Below the pieces are notes generated by a model, which saw only the letters and a program-made list of their open reading frames with translations, was not told where the DNA came from and ran no database searches. Made by a program: the position numbers and the translations under genes. From Minisyncoccota bacterium (GTDB taxonomy: Bacteria > Patescibacteriota > Minisyncoccia > Phycocordibacterales > UBA9973), in assembly GCA_942491275.1 (NCBI GenBank), contig CALNZI010000006.1:9899-73898 (forward strand): a stretch of DNA of 64,000 nucleotides, written 5' to 3'. Shown piece after piece: positions 46,391-56,068 of the stretch. Position 1 is the first letter of the stretch. Each line of letters starts with the position of its first letter.

Positions 46391-47629
46391 ATGATAAATA
46401 AAATAACAGATATCAAGGCTGAGCAAATCCTTGATTCACGCAATAATCCAACACTAAAAGTTTCAGTTTTTACTGAAAACGTGGTTGGAATTTTTGAAGT
46501 TCCCTCAGGTGCTAGTACTGGAAAATACGAAGCCTGTGAACTACGAGATGATGGCAGTGGTAAGGGTGAAGTTCATAAGGCAATTGATCAAATAGAAAAT
46601 TTTATAAAACCCGCTTTAATTGGAATAGACGTATCTGACCAATCTAAAATAGATAAAATAATGATCCAATTAGATGGAACTCCTCAAAAAACAAAATTAG
46701 GAGGCAATAGCACTATTGGAGTTAGTGTGGCCTGCGCCAAGGCTGCAGCTAAAAGTAAAGGAATTGAAACCTACGAACATCTTTCCACCTTAGCTGAAAT
46801 GAAACCATCAAGAAATCAACCCTATTTATATTTTAATTTAATAAATGGAGGAAAGCATACAAAAACTAATTTAGCATTTCAAGAATACCATATAGTTCCA
46901 CAAACCGATGATGCAGACGAATCAATGGAAATTTGTCGTGCAGTTCAAAAAAAACTTGATGAAATTATTTTAAGAGAATTTAAAACCATCCCACCAAAAG
47001 GAGATGAGGGTGGAACAGCTCTTCCTATTGAAGACGTTATGGCTCCTCTTGTTTTACTAAAAGAAGCGGTTGAGGCACTTAATCTTTCAGATAAAATCAA
47101 ATATGCCCTTGATGTCGCCGCCAGCTCTTTCTTTGATCATGACAGAAAGGTTTATAATTTTATGGGTAAAGATTGGACAACTGAAGATATGATTGAACTC
47201 TATAAAAAAATTACCGACGAATATCCAATGATCTCAATTGAAGATCCTTTGGATGAAGAAGACTATGAAGGTTTTGCTTTATTACAGAAAACTATTCCTA
47301 GCGTAAAATTAGTAGGGGATGATTTAACTGTTACTAATAAAACTAGACTTCAAAAAGCAATCGATGAAAAAAGTATAAAAGCAATTATAATCAAACCTAA
47401 CCAAATTGGAACACTTAGCGAAACAATCGAAACAATTAAATTGGCTCGAGAAAATAATGTTGATTGTATAATTAGTCATCGGAGTGGGGAGACCATGGAT
47501 GATTTCATTGGTGATTTAGTCTATGCTTTTAGATGTTTCGGTATTAAATCTGGAGCCCTGGGTCCAAAAGAAAGAGATGTAAAATATGAAAGACTTATTA
47601 ATATAATTAAAAACTCCAAACAGGAGTAA
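46391..47629 (+). CDS. eno: Enolase
   Basis: [34 protein letters not shown]. Confidence 0.95.
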   Translation: MINKITDIKAEQILDSRNNPTLKVSVFTENVVGIFEVPSGASTGKYEACELRDDGSGKGEVHKAIDQIENFIKPALIGIDVSDQSKIDKIMIQLDGTPQKTKLGGNSTIGVSVACAKAAAKSKGIETYEHLSTLAEMKPSRNQPYLYFNLINGGKHTKTNLAFQEYHIVPQTDDADESMEICRAVQKKLDEIILREFKTIPPKGDEGGTALPIEDVMAPLVLLKEAVEALNLSDKIKYALDVAASSFFDHDRKVYNFMGKDWTTEDMIELYKKITDEYPMISIEDPLDEEDYEGFALLQKTIPSVKLVGDDLTVTNKTRLQKAIDEKSIKAIIIKPNQIGTLSETIETIKLARENNVDCIISHRSGETMDDFIGDLVYAFRCFGIKSGALGPKERDVKYERLINIIKNSKQE

Positions 47630-47648
47630 GTTTAAAAAAAATAATTTT

Positions 47649-48440
47649 ATGGAATCAAAAACATTACTTATTGCAACCATTGGTCCTTCTTGTAATACCA
47701 AAGAAGTTGTAAGTGAATTAATAAAACGTCGTATGAATGTGGCTCGCTTCAATTTTTCCTGGCAAGATCATTCTGATTACGCAAAATACACAAAAATAAT
47801 TAGAGAGGCAGCCAAAGAACAAAATCTTGTAGTTCCAATTATCCAAGATCTTTCTGGGCCTAGAGTCCAAGAAAATGGAAATCATCATTTTGGTGGAAAT
47901 GATGATATTATCACAGAAAAAGATAAAAAAGATTTAGCTTTCGGAGTAGAACAGGGTTTTGAATATGTAGCCATGTCTTTTGTTGGAAAAGCAGAAGATG
48001 TTATTGAATTAAGAAATTTAATTAAAGAACTAGGTGGAAATCAAAAAATCATAGCTAAAATTGAAAGAAGGGAAGGGGTAGAAAACATTGATTCAATTCT
48101 TAAAGAAACAGATGGAATTATGGTTGCTAGGGGAGACTTGGGAAATGAATTTCCCTTGGAGGAGATTCCTTTCATTCAACACATGATTATCGAAAAGTCA
48201 AGAGAAGCAGGGAAGTTGGTTATTGTAGCAACACAAATGTTTGAATCTATGGTAGATAATCCAACGCCAACTCGAGCTGAAGTATCCGACGTAGCCTATG
48301 CAATTCTAGATGGAGCCGACGGCGTAATGCTTTCAGAAGAATCTGCCATTGGTAAATACCCTCTAGAAGCAATATCCATGATGGAAAAAATAGCTTTGGT
48401 CGCTGAAAAAAATCAAAAAATTATTAAAATAGGAGAATAA
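47649..48440 (+). CDS. pyk: Pyruvate kinase, A-domain-only minimal form (263 aa)
   Basis: [60 protein letters not shown]. The B (lid) domain is replaced by about 13 aa. There is no C domain, and the next gene starts 4 nt later. Confidence 0.85.
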   Translation: MESKTLLIATIGPSCNTKEVVSELIKRRMNVARFNFSWQDHSDYAKYTKIIREAAKEQNLVVPIIQDLSGPRVQENGNHHFGGNDDIITEKDKKDLAFGVEQGFEYVAMSFVGKAEDVIELRNLIKELGGNQKIIAKIERREGVENIDSILKETDGIMVARGDLGNEFPLEEIPFIQHMIIEKSREAGKLVIVATQMFESMVDNPTPTRAEVSDVAYAILDGADGVMLSEESAIGKYPLEAISMMEKIALVAEKNQKIIKIGE

Positions 48441-48443
48441 AAA

Positions 48444-49415
48444 ATGAGTAAACATATATATATTACAAGAAAGATACCAGAATGTGGATTAAAATTATTA
48501 GAAAAAGCAGGAATCTCATATGACATGGGAACAAATAAATTACCTCTAACTAAAAAAGAATTAATCAAAAAATTAAAAAGTAAGCCTTATGATGGGGTCA
48601 TTTCTTTTTTAACGGATGAACTTGATGCAGAAGTTTTTGATGCTTGTCCAACGGCAAAAGTTTTTTCAAATTATTCAGTTGGATTTAATAATGTTGATCT
48701 AGAAGAAGCAAAAAAGAGAAATATTTGTATTTCCAATACTCCAGGAGTAGCTAATACTGCAGTGGCTGAACATACAGTAGCTCTAATGCTAGCTTTAACC
48801 ACACGTTTAGTTGAAGGAGACGAATTCATCCGTCGTGGAAAATACAAAGGATGGGATCCAAATTTATTTATAGGAACAGATTTAAAAGGAAAAGTTATTG
48901 GATTAATTGGAGCTGGCCAAATTGGAACAGAAGTAGCAAGGATACTTCACTATGGTTTTGGTTCAAACATTATATATAGTGATGTTTGTCAAAATGTTGA
49001 ATTAGATAACATAGACGAAACAATAAGAAAAACCACTGAGGAAGTGCTCCGTGAAGCAGATATTGTATCATTGCATGTTCCATTATTACCAACAACAAAA
49101 CATCTAATAAATAAAGATTCTCTCGCCACTATGAAAAAAGGAGCTTTTCTAATAAATACATCACGAGGTCCAGTTGTTGATGAGAAGGCTCTTGTCCATG
49201 CTCTCAAGAATGATATAATTAGAGGAGCAGCTTTGGATGTTTTTGAATTTGAACCAAAGCTGGTTCGTGGTCTTAATAAATTAAATGATGTTATATTAAC
49301 TCCGCATATTGCTTCTTCCAGGGCAAGTTGTCGAAACATGATGTCAGAAATTGCTGCTAAAAACATAATTTCTGCCATCGAAACTGGAAATGTTATTAAT
49401 AGTGTAATTAAATAA
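48444..49415 (+). CDS. D-isomer-specific 2-hydroxyacid dehydrogenase (glyoxylate/hydroxypyruvate reductase-like)
   Basis: GLIGAGQIG NAD fold, NTSRGPVVDE, LTPHIAS. Confidence 0.85.
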   Translation: MSKHIYITRKIPECGLKLLEKAGISYDMGTNKLPLTKKELIKKLKSKPYDGVISFLTDELDAEVFDACPTAKVFSNYSVGFNNVDLEEAKKRNICISNTPGVANTAVAEHTVALMLALTTRLVEGDEFIRRGKYKGWDPNLFIGTDLKGKVIGLIGAGQIGTEVARILHYGFGSNIIYSDVCQNVELDNIDETIRKTTEEVLREADIVSLHVPLLPTTKHLINKDSLATMKKGAFLINTSRGPVVDEKALVHALKNDIIRGAALDVFEFEPKLVRGLNKLNDVILTPHIASSRASCRNMMSEIAAKNIISAIETGNVINSVIK

Positions 49416-49421
49416 AAAAAT

Positions 49422-50213
49422 ATGAATAAATATATTGTATCAGTTTTAGTTATGGGATCTTTGTTGTTTGGCGGGTTTGTTTATGCTGATGATGAAAGAG
49501 AAGAGCAAGAACCTTTGCCAACTCTATATAGAAACCAACAGCAAGTTAAAAAACTTCCAATGGCCGACAAGCCTATGCTTACAAACGAAGAAAGAGAACA
49601 GAATCGAGAAATGAAAAAGGAAATGGAAGAAAAAAGAGAAGAAGTTCGAGAACAAATAAAAAATACTCGTGAAGAGTTTAAGGTTAATCTTGAAGCCAAA
49701 AGAGAAGAAGTAAAACAAAAAAGAACAGAAAATAGAGAAGCCTTAAAAGAAAAGCTAGGAGAAATAAAAAACGAGCGAAAACAAAAAGCTGTTTTAAATA
49801 TTGCTGATCATTTAGAAAATATTAATTCAAAGGCAGTAACTAGATTTGAAAATCTAGTTGAAAATATTGAAAAGGTCCTTAATAATGTAGAAACTCGAAC
49901 AAATAGAGCTGAAGAAAATGGTTTGGATGTTGTAGAAGTTTATTCATCCATAGACGGAGCTTCTGTTTTAATTAGTGAAGTAAGGAATCTTTTAGTTGAA
50001 CAATCAGCTAAAACCTATGCTCTTGAGATAACAGACGAGGAAGCCCTTAAAGAAGAAGTTAAAGCAGTTCGTGATACTTTCCACTCTGATTTAAAAGTTA
50101 TTCAAGAAAAAGTTAAAAGTGTTCATGAGTCTGTTCGAGAAGCAAATAAAGCTCTATCCGAAGTCATTAGTGTTTCAAAAGACGAAGTTGAAACAGAAAC
50201 CGGGGAAGAATAA
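49422..50213 (+). CDS. Secreted Glu/Lys-rich coiled-coil protein, hypothetical
   Basis: Signal peptide (VLVMGSLLFGGFVYA) followed by a highly charged helical sequence. Confidence 0.5.
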   Translation: MNKYIVSVLVMGSLLFGGFVYADDEREEQEPLPTLYRNQQQVKKLPMADKPMLTNEEREQNREMKKEMEEKREEVREQIKNTREEFKVNLEAKREEVKQKRTENREALKEKLGEIKNERKQKAVLNIADHLENINSKAVTRFENLVENIEKVLNNVETRTNRAEENGLDVVEVYSSIDGASVLISEVRNLLVEQSAKTYALEITDEEALKEEVKAVRDTFHSDLKVIQEKVKSVHESVREANKALSEVISVSKDEVETETGEE

Positions 50214-50272
50214 TTATTAATTTATTATTTAAGTAAAAAATTTTTCGCAAAAGAGAAAAATTTTATAAAATT

Positions 50273-50509
50273 ATGTCTAAACAAAATTGGGTTATAGTAG
50301 TAATAGTGGTTGCTTTAATTGTCGTGTTATTAATATTAAAAGGTGGTAATTCTAATGTAGAAGAAAATATACTACCAGAAAATAATACTCCAGTTCAAAA
50401 TGAAATAGTTGAGCCAGCTCAAATAGAAAATGAATTGGATCAAATAAACACAGATGCTCAAATTGAAGAAGCCATGAAATTAATTGACGCAGAACTAGGT
50501 AATCTTTAA
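50273..50509 (+). CDS. Small membrane-anchored acidic protein, hypothetical
   Basis: 78 aa with an N-terminal TM. Followed by the terminator ATCTCCCTA-aatca-TAGGGAGATTTTTTT. Confidence 0.4.
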   Translation: MSKQNWVIVVIVVALIVVLLILKGGNSNVEENILPENNTPVQNEIVEPAQIENELDQINTDAQIEEAMKLIDAELGNL

Positions 50510-50544
50510 AAATTATCTCAAAAAAATCTCCCTAAATCATAGGG

Positions 50545-50573
50545 AGATTTTTTTATTGACAAAAGAGGGGATT
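50545..50573 (+). repeat. 29-nt repeat carrying a TTGACA promoter, copy 1
   Basis: AGATTTTTTTATTGACAAAAGAGGGGATT is identical to 50812-50840. TTGACA(50556-50561)-17 nt-TAACAT. Confidence 0.8.
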
Positions 50574-50630
50574 GAACGTAACATTAACATAACAATAACT
50601 TAAAGATTTTTAAATTTAAAAAAAACTAAT

Positions 50631-50732
50631 ATGAACTGTTCTTTTGAGATAATTACAAAATGGATTTTAAGAAAAATAAAAAAAGTTAAAAAACCAACTC
50701 AAAAAGTCCAATCTGGACAACGAACTTGGTAA
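50631..50732 (+). CDS. Cationic micro-peptide (33 aa), paralog 1
   Basis: Below the track cutoff. MNCSFEIITKWILRKIKKVKKPTQKVQSGQRTW. Followed by the hairpin AGCCGGTGAGAA..TTCTTACTGGCT. Confidence 0.4.
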   Translation: MNCSFEIITKWILRKIKKVKKPTQKVQSGQRTW

Positions 50733-50811
50733 TAAAATATAATATAAACAAGCCGGTGAGAATATTTTTTCTTACTGGCTTTAACTACACAATAGTGTTG
50801 CCCTAAGGAGA

Positions 50812-50840
50812 AGATTTTTTTATTGACAAAAGAGGGGATT
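50812..50840 (+). repeat. 29-nt repeat carrying a TTGACA promoter, copy 2
   Basis: Identical 29-mer. TTGACA(50823-50828)-17 nt-TAGAAT. Confidence 0.8.
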
Positions 50841-50891
50841 AGATGTAGAATTGTAATTAAGTAATTCTTTGTTTAATTAAAATTTTAGCCC

Positions 50892-51074
50892 ATGCTACTA
50901 ACATCAATAATTAAAATCTTTGCCAAAGACGGAAAAAAAAGAAAGACAAAAAAAGTAAAGAGAAAAACACCTAATGTTTCTAACAGTGCAAGAAAAGGAA
51001 AACCAAGGTGGACAGATTGGGAAAAAAAGAACAGAAAGAAGACTGAAGTAGCGGCCATATTGGCTGTTTGTTAA
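50892..51074 (+). CDS. Cationic small protein (60 aa), paralog 2
   Basis: MLLTSIIKIFAKDGKKRKTKKVKRKTPN...GKPRWTDW aligns with paralog 1 (IITKWILRKIKKVKKPTQ...GQRTW). Followed by the hairpin GAGGTTTAGATTA..TAATCTAAACCTC. Confidence 0.45.
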   Translation: MLLTSIIKIFAKDGKKRKTKKVKRKTPNVSNSARKGKPRWTDWEKKNRKKTEVAAILAVC

Positions 51075-51217
51075 AAAATCGAGGTTTAGATTATTAAATT
51101 AATCTAAACCTCACAATTTTATTATGTAGTGTCGTAAAAGATATATTGTACGACATTCTCATATAAAAAATACCCCTATAAAATAGGGCCTTTATTCACT
51201 ACCCCACTGAGGTAGAT

Positions 51218-52162
51218 TTAATGTGCTGGAGTAGTATATTTAGCTACACAAGCATTAAAATCACGCACTTGCTTATTATAAATATCTATTTGTTTTTTTA
51301 TTTCTATAATTAATTTATTATAGAATAAAACCTGTGTATTATATTTCTCAATTTGCTCCTTTTGGCTTAAATCTTCATAAACTACCCTATTTGCAATCAT
51401 TTCCTTACGAATGGATAATTCCTCCTCTAGATCTTCAATTTGCTGTTTATTAAGCTTTATGACCCCTCCAAGGGCTCCATCTATGGCGATACAGGTATTT
51501 TTAGGCAAACCGAAGTGTTGAACTGCCATCCAAACATCCTTACCTTCATAAGAGCCTTTTCCGACAGCTACACCTATTTCTCTGTAATTTTTATTTAAAA
51601 TATTCTCACGGTGCCCTGGACTATTCATCCAAACATCAACTAAAGCTTTATCATCCCTAAAGCCCCCCAAAGCCAAATTTTCACCAATTGTAATGTATTC
51701 ATAGGATACCTGGTCACCTAAATCAGACACGCCGACACCTTCCGGCGAAACATGCTCAAAATATTGTTTGGTGAACATATCTTGTAATTTCTTTTCTGCA
51801 GAAAAGTTTAATTTATAATTTTCAATAAGATCACTTAAATCTCCATTTTCTTTTCTGTTTTGATTAGTCAGGTTTATTATATTTTTTACGGAAAGCTCTG
51901 TTTTATTGGAAGCAAGCAAACTATCAACTATCTTTAAAGCTCCCGGTGTTTCAATATTTTTTGGTAGTTCAGCAATCTCATCTATAACATCATTGCCGTT
52001 TTTTACTAAATCCAAATCAATATCACCTTTACTTTGATATACATAGATCTGCCCTCCTAAATAGTCGACACTTTGATCATATATTTTAATCAAATCATCT
52101 TTATATAAAGATAGAGCCGCGATAAAAATTAAAAATAAAAAAGTTTGTCTTAATGTTTTCAT
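51218..52162 (-). CDS. Secreted CAP/SCP-domain protein (YkwD-like) with C-terminal coiled coil
   Basis: Signal peptide. SPGHRENILNKNYREIGVAV is the CAP-domain signature. Confidence 0.75.
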   Translation of the reverse strand: MKTLRQTFLFLIFIAALSLYKDDLIKIYDQSVDYLGGQIYVYQSKGDIDLDLVKNGNDVIDEIAELPKNIETPGALKIVDSLLASNKTELSVKNIINLTNQNRKENGDLSDLIENYKLNFSAEKKLQDMFTKQYFEHVSPEGVGVSDLGDQVSYEYITIGENLALGGFRDDKALVDVWMNSPGHRENILNKNYREIGVAVGKGSYEGKDVWMAVQHFGLPKNTCIAIDGALGGVIKLNKQQIEDLEEELSIRKEMIANRVVYEDLSQKEQIEKYNTQVLFYNKLIIEIKKQIDIYNKQVRDFNACVAKYTTPAH

Positions 52163-52238
52163 AATTTATATCTCCACACCTATATTTTCATAGTTTTCAA
52201 AACAGGTTTACCTGTAATAAAAATATAGGTGTGGGGGT

Positions 52239-52462
52239 TTATTTAATACAAGATGAAGAAAAACTAAAACCAGATTTCTCAGCATCAATGGATGTAGCAA
52301 AATAAATTTTATTTTTATCACTAATCCTCTTGGCCCCTGAACAATTTAAAGTATAATACAGTTTACCACTTTTCGAAGCCACATGCCTATGCTTGAAACT
52401 ACTGACAATCGACCAAGACCGAAAGCGGATATCCCCACCCCTACTATCACAAAAAGACACAT
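52239..52462 (-). pseudogene. Small membrane-anchored Ada-type metal-binding-domain-like protein, apparent 1-nt frameshift in an A4 run
   Basis: From ATG 52462 the frame encodes a hydrophobic anchor, MCLFVIVGVGISAFGLGRLSVVSSIGMWLRK. The track frame then carries SGKLYYTLNCSGAKRISDKNKIYFATSIDAEKSGF..SSC. The frames meet at AAAA (complement of 52370-52373). Confidence 0.45.
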
Positions 52463-52602
52463 AATAGTAAAAGTGTCAATATCAAATTTACCCTTGATTT
52501 TATTAGAAAAATCATTTATACTCATACGAGTCTAATTATAAATCATTTATGGGCAGTTTGTATAGACTTAAAAAGAATTTGCCTGTTATAAACTAAAAAT
52601 AT

Positions 52603-52875
52603 ATGGCACATAGGAAAGCTGGCGGTTCCGCCAAAAACTTAAAAGATTCCAATCCGAAGTATCTTGGTACTAAGCTTTATGATGGCGAAAAAGCAAAATC
52701 AGGTTCAATTATCATACGTCAACGTGGAACAAAAATACTACCTGGAACAAATGTTGGTCTTGGTAAAGACCACACCCTTTTTGCTCTTAAAGAAGGAACT
52801 GTAAAATTTACATCTAAAAGAAAGACAAACTTTAATCGAACTACTTCAGTAAAAAAAGTTGTAAATATTATTTAA
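52603..52875 (+). CDS. rpmA: Ribosomal protein L27
   Basis: [22 protein letters not shown]...IIIRQRGTK. Confidence 0.95.
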   Translation: MAHRKAGGSAKNLKDSNPKYLGTKLYDGEKAKSGSIIIRQRGTKILPGTNVGLGKDHTLFALKEGTVKFTSKRKTNFNRTTSVKKVVNII

Positions 52876-52910
52876 ATAAAAAAAATACTCAAAAAAATCC
52901 TAGGCAGTGC

Positions 52911-53357
52911 CTAGGATTTTTCCATTTCAATATTTATTTCAAAATCCCCTTGAGTCTCCCCTTTTTTTAATATAATTTTGTGGACACCAAGCTCTTTTAT
53001 ATTTTCCATAATTATATTTTTTTCGTCTACATCCAAATTCATCTCTTCTTTTATGGTTTTAACAATATCTCGAGAACCTATTGATTTAAATAAATGGCCC
53101 TTCTCATTAGCTTTGACTTTAATTGAAATCTTTCTATCTTTTAGCGATTTAACTAAATCATTAAAAGTTTCTATTTCTGTGTTTTTTTTCTGGCTCATTT
53201 TGCTTTTTTTATTAGCTAAATCGGCTAGAGCTTTCGGTGTTGCCAAAATAGCCAATCCTCTAGCGATTAAAACATTTTGAGCAAATCCATCTTTTAATTC
53301 TTTTATATCATACCTATTCCCTACTTTAGGTACATCTGTAAGTAATATTACCTTCAT
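52911..53357 (-). CDS. rplI: Ribosomal protein L9
   Basis: MKVILLTDVPKVGNRYDIKELKDGFAQNVLI. Confidence 0.92.
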   Translation of the reverse strand: MKVILLTDVPKVGNRYDIKELKDGFAQNVLIARGLAILATPKALADLANKKSKMSQKKNTEIETFNDLVKSLKDRKISIKVKANEKGHLFKSIGSRDIVKTIKEEMNLDVDEKNIIMENIKELGVHKIILKKGETQGDFEINIEMEKS

Positions 53358-53363
53358 GTTTAA

Positions 53364-54584
53364 TTATTCTTTATCTTTTAATAATATTTCGACAGCTTTG
53401 TTTAATTGTGGATCAATTTCTTTTTCTAAATCTTTTACAGTATATGGAACTTCTATATCTGGATCAAGTCCTTCTAAAGAGATTGAAATTCCATTGGGAG
53501 TTAGCCAGTTTGCCACTGTTATTTTTAAGGAAGTTTCATCTGTAATTTTAACAAGTTCTTGAACAGACCCCTTACCAAAAGTTTTTTCTCCCACCAATCT
53601 TCCTACTCCATGTTCCTTCAGAGCCCCAGCTAAAATCTCAGAAGCAGAAGCAGATCCTCCATCAATTAAAACAACGAGAGAAAAATTATCATTGAACAAT
53701 TTAGGACCACGACTACGGTAATCTTTCGTCTTAGGTTCACCTCCAAAGTCTTCACTAACAACTACTTTCCCTTGATCAAGAAAATAAGATGCTATATCAA
53801 TGGATGCATCCAAATATCCTCCAGGATTTCCACGAAGGTCAACAATCAGTTTATCGGAACCAGAATCCAAAAACTCAAACATGGCTTCTCTAAATAAACG
53901 GGTTGATTGTTCGGAAAAGGTGTAGAAGTTTATAATAAAAATATTATCCTCCCTTAATTCTGTTTCCAGCGCAGGAACTTCTATCTTATCTCTAGTTATA
54001 ACAATATCCCTAGCTTTATTTTCTCCATTTCTAAAGATAGTCAATGTAACATTTGTCCCCTTGGTTCCTCGAATCAAATTAATAGCCTCATCTACACTCA
54101 TCTCATTGGTAGTTTGATCTCCTATTTTTATTATTTTATCCCCAGCTTTCAGGCCAGCATTCCAGGCTGGAGTTTTTTTGAGAGGAGCAATGACTGTCAA
54201 TATCTTGTCTTTCATCCCAATTTCAGCACCAATCCCCTCAAAAGAACCTAGTATCTCTTCCGTAAATAATTTATTTTCTTCAGGTGGTAAAAAAACTGTA
54301 TAGGGATCACCCAAAGAAGAAGCTAATCCTTCGGTTGCTCCCCAAATTTTATCCTGATCACTTAGGTCATTATGAATAGCTTTCTCATTTATAACGTTCC
54401 AAACCTTCCAAAATGGTTCGAAATCAGCGCTAATTGAGTTCATTGGCTCCTTATGAGTAACATTAAAAGCCTTCCCTATTTCAGGTTGGTTTACGTAACC
54501 AATATAATAACCTATGCTAAATATTCCGAATAAAAGAATAAGGGAGGTTAAAATATTTAAAAGTGTTCTTTTGTTTTGTTTCAT
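53364..54584 (-). CDS. S41-family C-terminal processing peptidase
   Basis: N-terminal TM, PDZ region, GGSASASEILAGALK catalytic Ser block. Confidence 0.88.
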   Translation of the reverse strand: MKQNKRTLLNILTSLILLFGIFSIGYYIGYVNQPEIGKAFNVTHKEPMNSISADFEPFWKVWNVINEKAIHNDLSDQDKIWGATEGLASSLGDPYTVFLPPEENKLFTEEILGSFEGIGAEIGMKDKILTVIAPLKKTPAWNAGLKAGDKIIKIGDQTTNEMSVDEAINLIRGTKGTNVTLTIFRNGENKARDIVITRDKIEVPALETELREDNIFIINFYTFSEQSTRLFREAMFEFLDSGSDKLIVDLRGNPGGYLDASIDIASYFLDQGKVVVSEDFGGEPKTKDYRSRGPKLFNDNFSLVVLIDGGSASASEILAGALKEHGVGRLVGEKTFGKGSVQELVKITDETSLKITVANWLTPNGISISLEGLDPDIEVPYTVKDLEKEIDPQLNKAVEILLKDKE

Positions 54585-54599
54585 AACTTAATGAAATTA

Positions 54600-55829
54600 T
54601 TAATTACTTTCAGGTAATAATGCCTCTGGGGTGTATTTATTTCTTGGATCCCACAGCATCCAGGAAGAGATCTCTAAATCATCCAAGGCTTTTATTTGAG
54701 CTCTCACCATTTCTTTAGTATAGGTCGCGCCCAAATCAAAATCCTGTAACCATGGTCTTATTTTATTTATATCTTCATTCATTAATTTTGTTCTATTGAT
54801 GGCACTTGAAATTGATTTATAAATAACTTCATAGGGATAATTACTTGGATTACTATAACCTGCGTAGCCAGCTGGATAATGAGATGGATAAACCATTGGT
54901 GCAATAAAATCAAAATAAGGTAAAGCTTTTTCCCAAACCTGCCCAATACCCATATCATCCATTCCCTCTGTAGTTAAACCAAATAAATCAGCAGAAGTTT
55001 TAATATTATTTTCTTTTTTAATTTCCGTTGAAATATATTTAAAGAAAGTTTCAATATTATCTGCCCGTGTTTTACCTTCGGCTAAGCGATAATTAATATC
55101 ACTTATATTTCCATCAGAAGGATATCTAATATAATCAAAATTAATTTCATCAAATCCTTCATTATATGAATCAATGGCTAGATCTAAAATATATTCATGG
55201 ACTTCTCTTTTGGCTGGATCAAGAAAAGACAAACCTTTTCTGTCTTTCCAAACACTTCCATCACTTTTCTTATTTATAGCCCATTCTGGTATAACTTTTG
55301 TTAAGTATGGATCTTGAAAAACTGAAATTCTTCCTATAATATAAATATTTTTTTGATGTAAAAGATTTGTTAGTTCACGAATATTTGAAATTCTTTTTTC
55401 TATAGCTCCTATTTCTTGAATTTTCTCATTGGGAATTTCAAAAGCAATTCTTCCTGTCGAATCTTTAATATCAATAACCATGGCATTTATTTCTGTTTCA
55501 TCCACAATTTTAATTAAAGAATCACGAAAATTTTTTGAACCAGCAACCCAGCTAGATAAATAGATGGCTTTAACAAACTCGGGGGTCTCTATGTGAGTCA
55601 CCGGAATAATTACTGGAGCTAGAGGAGTTTTTTCATCTTCTCTCTCTTCTTCTACTTCCAAAGTGCTTTCATTAGATAAAATATCATTTTCAATTAAAAA
55701 AGAAGATCCATCATATTCAAAAACAAAACTTTCTTTAGCAAAAAAGCGGACAGCTAAAACTACTCCTCCGCAAACTAAAAGAATTAAAATGATGGAGAAG
55801 AGAGAATTTGTTCTTTTTTTTATTTTCAT
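54600..55829 (-). CDS. Putative extracytoplasmic TIM-barrel glycoside hydrolase (DUF4015/GHL-like)
   Basis: N-terminal TM and blocks VKAIYLS..., FDEINFDYIRYP, WLQDFDLG typical of this family. Tentative. Confidence 0.55.
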   Translation of the reverse strand: MKIKKRTNSLFSIILILLVCGGVVLAVRFFAKESFVFEYDGSSFLIENDILSNESTLEVEEEREDEKTPLAPVIIPVTHIETPEFVKAIYLSSWVAGSKNFRDSLIKIVDETEINAMVIDIKDSTGRIAFEIPNEKIQEIGAIEKRISNIRELTNLLHQKNIYIIGRISVFQDPYLTKVIPEWAINKKSDGSVWKDRKGLSFLDPAKREVHEYILDLAIDSYNEGFDEINFDYIRYPSDGNISDINYRLAEGKTRADNIETFFKYISTEIKKENNIKTSADLFGLTTEGMDDMGIGQVWEKALPYFDFIAPMVYPSHYPAGYAGYSNPSNYPYEVIYKSISSAINRTKLMNEDINKIRPWLQDFDLGATYTKEMVRAQIKALDDLEISSWMLWDPRNKYTPEALLPESN

Positions 55830-56050
55830 ATCTGTTGTTCTTCTAATCCAATATTATCAACAAATGTCTTAGTTTCTTCGCTATTCTTACCTAACCGAGC
55901 CTTAACTTCAATATAAAATAAATAAGCCATATAAATAATAATAAGTCCTGTTATTACAAACAAAACAGCCCTCCAAGAACTTGGAAAACCTAGGAACGGT
56001 AAAATTATAATCCACAAACCAACAATAAATAATGTTTTTTCTTTTCGCAT
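55826..56050 (-). CDS. Small membrane protein (2 TM), hypothetical
   Basis: 74-aa hydrophobic ORF overlapping the downstream gene start by 4 nt. Confidence 0.4.
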   Translation of the reverse strand: MRKEKTLFIVGLWIIILPFLGFPSSWRAVLFVITGLIIIYMAYLFYIEVKARLGKNSEETKTFVDNIGLEEQQI

Positions 56051-56068
56051 ATGATCATTATAACTTAT

